Origin: Candidatus Bipolaricaulia bacterium | GTDB lineage: Bacteria; Bipolaricaulota; Bipolaricaulia; RBG-16-55-9 | Direction of reading: 5' to 3' | Assembly: GCA_042219045.1 (NCBI GenBank) | Contig: JBDGQO010000035.1 | Span: 1,650-27,046, forward strand | Length of the DNA stretch: 25,397 bases | In this document: piece by piece, positions 1 through 6,920 of the stretch | Layout: the number at the start of each line of letters is the position of its first letter | How positions within the stretch are numbered: the stretch's first letter is position 1 | Program-made: the position numbers and the translations under genes | Notes under the pieces: model-generated | What the model saw: the letters and a program-made list of their open reading frames with translations, nothing else | Told to the model about the DNA's origin: nothing | The model's database searches: none

Positions 1-1
1 C

Positions 2-802
2 GTAGATCTCGCGAGACTTCAGCCCCACCGTCCGATCCTCGGTCATGTCGACGACGCCCACGCCGTGTCGGCCGGCTCGCTCGTTGAGGGAGGCGATCAG
101 ATCGATCAAGGGCATACCCACGCCGTCGAGGAAGATGGGGAGACCTTGCTCAAAGCTCAGTTCGATCGTCTCCGGGTCATCAGGCGCTTCTTCCGGAGGC
201 ACGCACATCTCGTAGACATCGCGCGGCGGCTCATGGAAGGGGTCTTCGAGGACGCCGCACTCGATGCTGCGCCCCCAGAGGTTGGCGTCAACGGAGTACG
301 TCGACTCGGGCGGAACGGGGATGCCGTGCTCGCGAGCGTACGCCACCTCGCTCTCCCGATCGAGGTTCCACTGACGGATGGGCGCAATGATCGCGAGATG
401 CGGCGCCAACGCGCCGAGTGAGACCTCGAAACGGACTTGGTCGTTCCCCTTGCCCGTGCAGCCGTGAGCGACCGCGTCGGCGCCGATCTCGTTGGCGACC
501 GCGACGGCCTGCTCGGCCATCAGGGGTCGAGCCAGCGCCGTCGCGAGCGGATAGGCGTCCTGGTAAAGCCCGTTCGCCCGAATGGCCCGCGTCAGGTACT
601 CGTCCGCGAACGCCTCGCGGGCGTCGATCACGTGGGCGTCGACGGCGCCTAGCTCAAGGGCCTTCTCGCGGGCCGCCTCGACGCCGCCTTGGCCCAGATC
701 GAGCGTCAGCGTCGTGACCTGCGCGTCGTAGTGATCCTGCAGCCAGGGCACCATGCAGGAGGTGTCCAGACCGCCGGAATAGAGCAACAACACGTTCTCC
801 AT
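2..802 (-). CDS. argG: Argininosuccinate synthase (5' part; runs off the left edge of the window)
   Basis: Not in the ORF track (no stop in window). Manual translation from ATG at 802 gives MENVLLLYSGGLDTSCMVPWLQDHY...AHGCTGKGNDQVRFE, containing both ArgG signatures (YSGGLDTS; GCTGKGNDQVRF). Confidence 0.97.
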   Translation of the reverse strand, partial: MENVLLLYSGGLDTSCMVPWLQDHYDAQVTTLTLDLGQGGVEAAREKALELGAVDAHVIDAREAFADEYLTRAIRANGLYQDAYPLATALARPLMAEQAVAVANEIGADAVAHGCTGKGNDQVRFEVSLGALAPHLAIIAPIRQWNLDRESEVAYAREHGIPVPPESTYSVDANLWGRSIECGVLEDPFHEPPRDVYEMCVPPEEAPDDPETIELSFEQGLPIFLDGVGMPLIDLIASLNERAGRHGVGVVDMTEDRTVGLKSREIY

Positions 803-899
803 AAGGATCTCTTTCTGTTCGGATAGCCGACAACCGTAACGCTCAAAACAGGACCGATGAGCGCTACGACGGACTCAACGGACGTCGGTCAGGGCTTGG

Positions 900-920
900 A
901 AAATCGCGCGGTCCGCGCGA
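900..920 (-). terminator. GC-rich hairpin plus short U-tract just after the Arg leader stop codon (candidate attenuator terminator or pause)
   Basis: Minus strand TCGCGCGG-A-CCGCGCGA-TTTT (perfect 8-bp inverted repeat at 904-920), starting 4 nt after the TAA. The U-tract is short, so it may be a pause rather than a full intrinsic terminator. Confidence 0.55.
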
Positions 921-924
921 GGGG

Positions 925-1062
925 TTATCGTCGAGCTCGTTTGGAAGGTCGTCGGAAGCGTTTGGCGGGCGTGGCGTCCAGATGGGACAGGCCGGCGGAC
1001 CGAACAGGACTGGCTAAACCGGTCTGCAGAACGGACTGCGGTTCGTCGCTCCAATGGGTCAT
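925..1062 (-). CDS. Putative arginine-sensing leader peptide (45 aa)
   Basis: MTHWSDEPQSVLQTGLASPVRSAGLSHLDATPAKRFRRPSKRARR*. GGAGG SD (1070-1074) lies 7 nt before the ATG. Six Arg in the last 11 codons, five of them CGA. Sits between a promoter and argG. Confidence 0.8.
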   Translation of the reverse strand: MTHWSDEPQSVLQTGLASPVRSAGLSHLDATPAKRFRRPSKRARR

Positions 1063-1093
1063 GTTACCGCCTCCGACTTTGAGGGTGAGCGTC

Positions 1094-1123
1094 ACTATAG
1101 AGGAAGTCGGGGAGACTTGTCAA
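1094..1123 (-). promoter_or_regulatory. sigma70-type promoter for leader-argG
   Basis: TTGACA (1123-1118) - 18 bp - TATAGT (1099-1094). Confidence 0.75.
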
Positions 1124-1173
1124 GGAAGTCGTCTTGATCCGTATCTCGCTAAGCTGGATCATCAGATCGCTCG

Positions 1174-1983
1174 CTATTCGGACTCTGTGACCTCCATGGT
1201 CTGGAGCGTCGCGGGTGTGAAGCCGAAGCTCGGTAGAGAATGCGCTTCACGGTTGGAGACGGTGAGCGTCGACTCGATCGAGGTCGTCTCGTCACGCACA
1301 CGGACCGTGCCGATGACGGATTGGTCCTGATAGTTCACGTAATCCTCGATGACGACCGTCTTGCCCAGGGAGCCAGCGGCATCGTAGGTATCCCAGCGGA
1401 TCGGCCGACCGTCGGCGTCGACCTCCACGTCAATGCGCGCATACGTCAACTCCACTTGTGTGTCAGCCGAATCCGGTGCCGCAAGCGTGATACGTAGGCC
1501 GCCGTCGCCGCGAGCAGTGTGACCAACCTGCCTATAGGCGTCCAGTTGGAAGCCGACAAAGAACTCCTCGAGACCGAGCGCGCTGCCGAGCAGGGGGCCT
1601 CTTCGTTCGTCGGACGAGTCGACGGGGACGACATCGCCTTGCTCGGGGCGGAACTGCATGAGATCCTCGCCGCGCCGCAGCCAGCGTCGATCGCTCTCGC
1701 TCATGGAGATGGCGATCAGCCCCTGGAAGCTGTCGGTGACGAGGCTGAATAGGGCGATGTCATGGGTGATCGCCTTCCCTTCGGGCTCCTGAATCATCAA
1801 GTGCGCGTTCGCGGCGATCGGCCCTGAGCCGACGAGCCAATGGCCGGGAGGAACGCCCCCGAGCGACGGCTGCGCATCGGGCGATGTCGCAGGAACCGAT
1901 GGAAAAGCGGGATCAAAGACCGCCCAAGCCAACAGCGCGGCGATAGCGCCAACAGCGATCAACAGCCAGAGCGACAGGCGCAT
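1174..1983 (-). CDS. Exported LolA-like / 'outer-membrane lipoprotein-sorting' family protein, 269 aa
   Basis: N-terminal hydrophobic signal or anchor. The pattern RRGPLLGSALGLEEF...YARIDVEVDADGRPIRWDTYDAAGSLGKTV...LPSFGFTPATL resembles the LolA_like family (GSDF.YED...YD..GKLLKT...FTP..L). SD GAGGAG. Confidence 0.6.
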   Translation of the reverse strand: MRLSLWLLIAVGAIAALLAWAVFDPAFPSVPATSPDAQPSLGGVPPGHWLVGSGPIAANAHLMIQEPEGKAITHDIALFSLVTDSFQGLIAISMSESDRRWLRRGEDLMQFRPEQGDVVPVDSSDERRGPLLGSALGLEEFFVGFQLDAYRQVGHTARGDGGLRITLAAPDSADTQVELTYARIDVEVDADGRPIRWDTYDAAGSLGKTVVIEDYVNYQDQSVIGTVRVRDETTSIESTLTVSNREAHSLPSFGFTPATLQTMEVTESE

Positions 1984-1986
1984 GGA

Positions 1987-2544
1987 TCACTCCTCGGCAG
2001 AGCGAGCCGGCACGCAATCGTCGAGCTGAAAGTCACCGACGCCTTGAATACGAAAGTCATCAGGGCAAGTGTTGAGGAAAGGCCCGAGCACGGCCTCTTC
2101 ATTGCCATCCGGCCCGATGTAGCGACCGACCAAGAGGGGCAGCTCCGCGTCAGGGAATCCGAGGATCACCGCGTCCGCAACCAAGGCAAGCGCTTGTTGT
2201 AGACGTTCATCGCCCAATCTGGATAGTCGACCCGAGCGTTGCAGCGTGAATTGAATCGTGTTGGTGACGATGACGCTCTGGACGATCGGCTGAAGACTTC
2301 CCGACGATATGCCGGAGCGCGCCTGCTCCCAGAAAGGGATGAGGTTGCTCGAAGCCTCCGGAAGTTCCTCTTGGAGCAACGCCGTCAGGTTATCAATACG
2401 ATCGTTGATCAATGTGGCGAAGTCGACGGTACGTGAAGAGGGTTGGGACATTTGGGCCGACGTCATGATCAGCATTGCGAAGATGATCAACGTGACCGTC
2501 GCGATCAACACGGTGGAACGCATGAGCGGACGCGGCTCCGGCAT
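1987..2544 (-). CDS. Hypothetical exported or membrane-anchored protein, 185 aa
   Basis: Hydrophobic N-terminal segment, SD AGGAGG overlapping the upstream stop, two C-terminal Cys, tightly packed in the operon. Confidence 0.7.
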   Translation of the reverse strand: MPEPRPLMRSTVLIATVTLIIFAMLIMTSAQMSQPSSRTVDFATLINDRIDNLTALLQEELPEASSNLIPFWEQARSGISSGSLQPIVQSVIVTNTIQFTLQRSGRLSRLGDERLQQALALVADAVILGFPDAELPLLVGRYIGPDGNEEAVLGPFLNTCPDDFRIQGVGDFQLDDCVPARSAEE

Positions 2545-2556
2545 TGCGCAGACCTC

Positions 2557-3030
2557 CTAGAGTACCTCAAATGGCCCGAATGACAACAGCGAGAGCTCGC
2601 CCTGGAACAGCGGCTCCATCCGCCACTCCACAGCCCCCTGGGCTGTGTCGACCTGTCGGAGTTCAATTCCGATTTCCGGAGGGGAGGCAAGCCTCAACAG
2701 CTGAACTTTGGGGGCGATCCGCCACCCCGACCAGTTCGGGGCCCACCCGAGCAGGACTCCCAGCGAGCGCGCTTGGATCGCGGTGGCCTCAACTGCGGAA
2801 AGCCTATCGCTCGCTACGCCGATGTACAGATGAGCGAATGTCTGTGGCCCCAGCGACTCATAAACGTGTCCTGTGATGCCGAATTCGGGAACCGCCTTCC
2901 CGGGCGTGAACGCAACACTCCCGGTCAATGAGTCTTGCTGTTCTGGTGAAAGGGCCATTCCGTCGATTCCGATCGCACCGATCAGCAAGAGGGAAATCAC
3001 GGAAACCAGAATTCTTGTTCGTATCCGCAT
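2557..3030 (-). CDS. Hypothetical secreted beta-strand-rich protein, 157 aa
   Basis: Basic N-terminus plus hydrophobic signal (MRIRTRILVSVISLLLIGAIG...), SD GAAGGTGA, amphipathic beta-strand-like segments. Confidence 0.7.
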   Translation of the reverse strand: MRIRTRILVSVISLLLIGAIGIDGMALSPEQQDSLTGSVAFTPGKAVPEFGITGHVYESLGPQTFAHLYIGVASDRLSAVEATAIQARSLGVLLGWAPNWSGWRIAPKVQLLRLASPPEIGIELRQVDTAQGAVEWRMEPLFQGELSLLSFGPFEVL

Positions 3031-3073
3031 GCGATCACCTTCTTTCCTTATCTTGGTTTAATTGCTTATACAG

Positions 3074-3310
3074 TTAAAAATCAAACTCACACTCGACTCG
3101 GATGAACACCAGCTCACCGTCTGGGGTGATGACAACGATATCAACGGTACATTTGGCTGCTTGTGCGACTAAGGCCGGATCATCTACGGATTGACCACTG
3201 ACCAATGCTGCTGGAGCTGAAGAGGCAATATGTAGTACTCCTTGCGGCCCTCCCATCCCGACAAACAGCGCCACGGCCAACACCGCAACCAGAATTCTCC
3301 TCTTAAACAT
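3074..3310 (-). CDS. Small secreted precursor peptide with C-terminal Cys-bracketed beta-hairpin, 78 aa
   Basis: Strong SD AAAGGAGGT (3318-3326). Signal peptide MFKRRILVAVLAVALFVG. C-terminus KCTVDIVVITPDGELVFIRVECEFDF. Confidence 0.8.
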   Translation of the reverse strand: MFKRRILVAVLAVALFVGMGGPQGVLHIASSAPAALVSGQSVDDPALVAQAAKCTVDIVVITPDGELVFIRVECEFDF

Positions 3311-3394
3311 CGTCTTTACCTCCTTTGAAGGTGTTTTAGGTTGCGGCCACGATACTCTTCCTTCTGGGTGGCAGCTGCGCCTTCAGTGACAGTT

Positions 3395-3437
3395 AGCCTA
3401 TCGCATTCGGGACACTTAAGTTGTCACATTCGCGACA
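3395..3437 (-). promoter_or_regulatory. Class II Crp/Fnr-family-dependent promoter: TGTCA-N6-CGACA box plus -10 TAGGCT
   Basis: Near-palindrome TGTCA-cattcg-CGACA at 3422-3437. The -10 TAGGCT at 3400-3395 places the box centre at -41.5. Confidence 0.7.
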
Positions 3438-4129
3438 TTGGCCAGCCCCCCCCCTTCGAGGAACGGCGTTGCCGTTTGCTGCAGTTGGGAAAGATCCAGA
3501 ATGGTCATCCACCCTGACTGACGTGTGAGCACGCTCCGCCGTTCGAGCTTCAGCACCGCCTCGTTGACCCGCTGGCGACTGCGACCCAGCATCTTCGCCA
3601 ATGTCGTCACGGTCAGTTTCGGTTCGATCGTGATGTCACCCGTTGAACGGTCTCGACCAAAGCGTCGCTGCAAGAACCAGAGCAGCACCGCCAGTTCCTC
3701 ATCGAGGTTGCCGGAAGAGGCTGCCAACAGCCGGGCCTGGAGCTCGAAGGACTCCTCGATCAGCAGGGTCATCAACGAGCTTAGACCTTCGTCAGATTGC
3801 GCAACGAGGGCTGACAAGTCCCGTGGATCGAATTGGAGCAGTCGAGTCGGTTGTAGCGTCTGCGCGTAGGCACGTCGCGAGGCCCCACTTAGCAAGGCCG
3901 ATTTGCCCAAGACATCGTTGGGACCGAGCAGACGAATCAGAAATGAGCGCCCGTCTTCCGTCACATGCGACAGATGGATCCAACCGTGCTGCACCACGTA
4001 GATGAGATCAGATGGATCCCCTTGAGCGAAGATGGCGCTCTTCCTCGGGTACGTCACGGGTGAGAGCGTGATCCCGGCTCGATCAGCCCACCGACGAAGT
4101 TGAGGTTCGGTGAGTTCGCGTCCCGACAT
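3416..4129 (-). CDS. Crp/Fnr family transcriptional regulator, 237 aa
   Basis: cNMP-binding-like beta-roll (IFAQGDPSDLIYVVQHGWIHL...LLGPNDVLG) and C-terminal HTH (LTVTTLAKMLGRSRQRVNEAVLKL). Confidence 0.92.
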   Translation of the reverse strand: MSGRELTEPQLRRWADRAGITLSPVTYPRKSAIFAQGDPSDLIYVVQHGWIHLSHVTEDGRSFLIRLLGPNDVLGKSALLSGASRRAYAQTLQPTRLLQFDPRDLSALVAQSDEGLSSLMTLLIEESFELQARLLAASSGNLDEELAVLLWFLQRRFGRDRSTGDITIEPKLTVTTLAKMLGRSRQRVNEAVLKLERRSVLTRQSGWMTILDLSQLQQTATPFLEGGGLANVANVTT

Positions 4130-4258
4130 GACTATAGTCTCTCTATAAACTTTGCATTCTAACAGTTAGAGCTTATCGTTGTTGTATGAGATGCTCAAGC
4201 AACCCGATCGGGTCTGCGCCTTGCGCCGCGACTGCCGAGCGCTTTTAATGAGGGCACC

Positions 4259-4627
4259 ATGGATCGACTCTTTGTCGCGCTCGGGGCCTTATTGGCGGGC
4301 ATCGGCGTCGCGGCGGGCGCCTTCGGCGCGCACGGCCTGCGCGACCGACTGTCATCGGAGATGCTGGCCATCTTTGAGACCGGCGTCCGCTATCACCTGA
4401 TCCACGCGCTGGCGCTCATGATCACGGCTTGGGCCACAACGCGCTGGGAGAGCGGGCTGATCCCTGTTGCGGGTTGGCTCTTCGTCGTCGGCATCGTCGT
4501 CTTCTCGGGCAGCCTCTATGCGCTCAGCCTGACCGAGACCCGCTGGCTCGGCGCGATCACCCCGATCGGCGGCGCGGCGTTCGTCGTCGGCTGGATATTG
4601 CTCGCTTGGGCGGCGCTTCGGGGCTGA
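4259..4627 (+). CDS. DUF423 (YgdD/TMEM256-like) small membrane protein
   Basis: GAFGAHGL...FETGVRYHLIHAL...FSGSLY...GAITPIGG motifs. Confidence 0.93.
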   Translation: MDRLFVALGALLAGIGVAAGAFGAHGLRDRLSSEMLAIFETGVRYHLIHALALMITAWATTRWESGLIPVAGWLFVVGIVVFSGSLYALSLTETRWLGAITPIGGAAFVVGWILLAWAALRG

Positions 4628-4631
4628 CCCG

Positions 4632-5618
4632 ATGACGTTGACCGTCTACTGGCCGCGCAAGGAGCGCCCAGACGCCGTCGAGCTCCTCGAAAACGGCCTC
4701 GACACGGACGTGAAACTGATCTGGGGCCCCGAGCCGCCGGAGCGCTACGACGTGCTCATCGCCGGACGACCCGATCGCGATCAACTGACCGGCTGCCCCG
4801 ATCTCGACGCGCTAGTGATCCCGTTCGCCGGGATCCCCACCTCGACGCGGGAGACCCTCAATGACTTTCCCCAGCTGCGCGTCCACAACCTCCATCACAA
4901 CGCGGAGGCGACGGCCGAGATGGCGATCGCGCTGCTGCTGGCCGCGGCCAAGAAGATCGTCCCATTGGATCGAGCGTTCCGAACCCACGACTGGCGCCCG
5001 CGCTACGCCGAGTTCACGTCGTCGATGCTGCTCGACGGGAAACGGGGCCTCGTCTTGGGCTACGGCGGGATCGGCCAGCGCATCGCCCGTGTCTTGACCG
5101 CATTGGGCGTCCAGGTCAGGGCCGTCTGCCGCCGGCCGGAGCGACATCGATCCACAGCGAAACAGGCCGGCATCGACGTGCGGGCCTCGTCCGAGCTGAG
5201 CTCGCTATGGCCTCGCGCCGACATGGTGATGATCGCGCTGCCGCAGACGCCGGAGACCGAAGGCCTGATCGGCCCCGAAGAGATCGATCAGATGCCCGAT
5301 CACGCCATACTGGTCAACGTGGGACGCGCGCCCATCGTCGACCCTGCCGCGCTCTACGACGCGCTCAAGGACGGCCGACTGGGCGGCGCCGGCCTCGACG
5401 TCTGGTACAACTACCCGAAGGACGAGGCCGAGCGCGCGAACACGCCGCCGGCCGACTATCCCTTCCATCAACTGGAGAACGTCGTCATGAGCCCCCATCG
5501 GGCGGGCGGCGGCGACGTCATCGAAGAGCGCAGGATGGCGCAACTGGCCGAGCTGCTCAACGCCCTCGCCCGCGGCGAGACCGACACGAACCGCGTCGAC
5601 CTCTCAGCCGGCTACTGA
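4632..5618 (+). CDS. D-isomer-specific 2-hydroxyacid dehydrogenase
   Basis: GYGGIG Rossmann motif, LPQTPETEGLI, VNVGRA, GAGLDVW, SPHRAG catalytic His. Confidence 0.92.
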   Translation: MTLTVYWPRKERPDAVELLENGLDTDVKLIWGPEPPERYDVLIAGRPDRDQLTGCPDLDALVIPFAGIPTSTRETLNDFPQLRVHNLHHNAEATAEMAIALLLAAAKKIVPLDRAFRTHDWRPRYAEFTSSMLLDGKRGLVLGYGGIGQRIARVLTALGVQVRAVCRRPERHRSTAKQAGIDVRASSELSSLWPRADMVMIALPQTPETEGLIGPEEIDQMPDHAILVNVGRAPIVDPAALYDALKDGRLGGAGLDVWYNYPKDEAERANTPPADYPFHQLENVVMSPHRAGGGDVIEERRMAQLAELLNALARGETDTNRVDLSAGY

Positions 5619-5640
5619 GATCGATCTATGTGAATATGTC

Positions 5641-6816
5641 CTAGGGACGCGTCACCTGATAGACGCCTCCGCCGATGTCGATCACGTACAGCTCGCCGTC
5701 GGGGCCTTCGGCGAACGAGCTGATGCGCAGGTCCGTGTCCATCAGCTGGTTCATCGTCCATTCGCCCGACTCGGTCGGGAACGTCGACCAGATTCGCCCG
5801 CTGCAGAAGTCGGCGAAGAGATAGTGGCCCACGAGATCGGGAACGTCGGAGCCGCGATAGACGTAGCCGCCCGTGATCGAGCAGCCCTGACTGTGACTGT
5901 ACTCGGCGATGGGCCGCTCCAAGCCCGTCTCGTCGCAGTCGGCCGTGCGGAAGCAGTGGTTGCCCTCCATGACGTTCCAGCCGTAGTTGCCGCCGGCCTC
6001 GATGAGATCGACCTCTTCCCAGTCGTTCTGGCCCACGTCGGCCAGGAACAGATCGCCCGTGCAGCGATCGAACGAAAAGCGCCACGGGTTGCGCAACCCA
6101 TAGGCGAAGATCTCGTCGCGCGCGTCGGCCTGACCCACGAACGGGTTGTCCGAGGGAATCCCATAGGGCTGGCCGTTCTGCGGCTCGACGTCGATCCGCA
6201 ACAGCGCCCCGAGTAGCGTGCTCAGGTCTTGCCCGTTGTCGCGCGGGTCGCCGCCCGCGCCGCCGTCGCCCATGCCGACGTAGAGATCCCCGTCGGGGCC
6301 GAACTGGAGCTGGCCGCCGTTGTGGTTGGAAAACGGCTGGTCGACGGTCAGCAGCACGCGCTCCGAGTCCGGGTCGACGCGGGACCCGTCGTCGTTGACG
6401 TGGTACTCGGCGACGACGGTCGCCCCGTCGCTAGCGCGCGTGTAGTTGACATAGAGACGACCGGTCTCGGCAAAACGGGGATGGAACGCCACGCTCAGCA
6501 GGCCGCGCTCGCCGCCGAACGACACTCGATCCCGGATGTCCAAAAACGGCGTCGATCGCAGTTGTTCGTTCGCCAAGACCCGAATCACACCGGGCTGATC
6601 CACCACGAACAGCCGGTCGGAACCGTCGCCCGCGTGGGTCAGATAGGCCGGCGTGTCGAGACCGTCGGTCGTCTGGACTAGCTCGATCTCAGGCTGGGCC
6701 ACGCTCGGCGTGACGACGTCACAGGGATCGTCCACCTGAGCCGCCAACTCCGTCCCACAGCCGGTCAGGACGCCCACCAACAGAACCGCTATGCACAACG
6801 TTCGCACCGATGACAC
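5641..6816 (-). CDS. PQQ-dependent glucose/sorbosone dehydrogenase family lipoprotein
   Basis: Lipobox LTGC; GERGLLSVAFHP, NHNGGQLQFGPDG, GDGG, YGLRNPWRFSFD, NYGW motifs; GTG start with SD GAGGTGA. Confidence 0.92.
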   Translation of the reverse strand: MSSVRTLCIAVLLVGVLTGCGTELAAQVDDPCDVVTPSVAQPEIELVQTTDGLDTPAYLTHAGDGSDRLFVVDQPGVIRVLANEQLRSTPFLDIRDRVSFGGERGLLSVAFHPRFAETGRLYVNYTRASDGATVVAEYHVNDDGSRVDPDSERVLLTVDQPFSNHNGGQLQFGPDGDLYVGMGDGGAGGDPRDNGQDLSTLLGALLRIDVEPQNGQPYGIPSDNPFVGQADARDEIFAYGLRNPWRFSFDRCTGDLFLADVGQNDWEEVDLIEAGGNYGWNVMEGNHCFRTADCDETGLERPIAEYSHSQGCSITGGYVYRGSDVPDLVGHYLFADFCSGRIWSTFPTESGEWTMNQLMDTDLRISSFAEGPDGELYVIDIGGGVYQVTRP

Positions 6817-6920
6817 CGCCGCATCACCTCATCTCAGGATAACGGCACGGTATCGCCACGACGCATCGGGCGCAATCGGCGGCGTTGAAGGATTTCGCAA
6901 CCAGAGGCAGAATAAGGGGT

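Noticed and set aside
65..717. Plus-strand ORFs 65-421, 418-717 and 437-652
   Set aside because: Antisense shadows of argG, which occupies the minus strand.
803..1170. T-box riboswitch or ARG boxes upstream of argG
   Set aside because: No T-box antiterminator consensus (GGTGGnACCGCG) on the minus strand and no AT-rich TGAAT-N-ATTCA palindromes.
857..1330. 157-aa plus-strand ORF
   Set aside because: Antisense to the leader, its promoter and the LolA-like gene; no SD or recognisable motif.
1174..3310. RiPP/bacteriocin cluster interpretation
   Set aside because: No radical SAM, YcaO, lanthionine synthetase, C39 peptidase or ABC exporter adjacent; the precursor has a Sec-type signal. Kept only as an unknown cassette.
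3446..3454. G9 tract (minus strand) near the end of the Crp gene as a phase-variation switch
   Set aside because: It lies after the HTH and outside the box-to--10 spacing, so slippage would change only the last few residues.
3416..4129. Calling the regulator CooA or FNR
   Set aside because: No Cys and no recognisable haem ligands; only the DNA-recognition helix is CooA-like.
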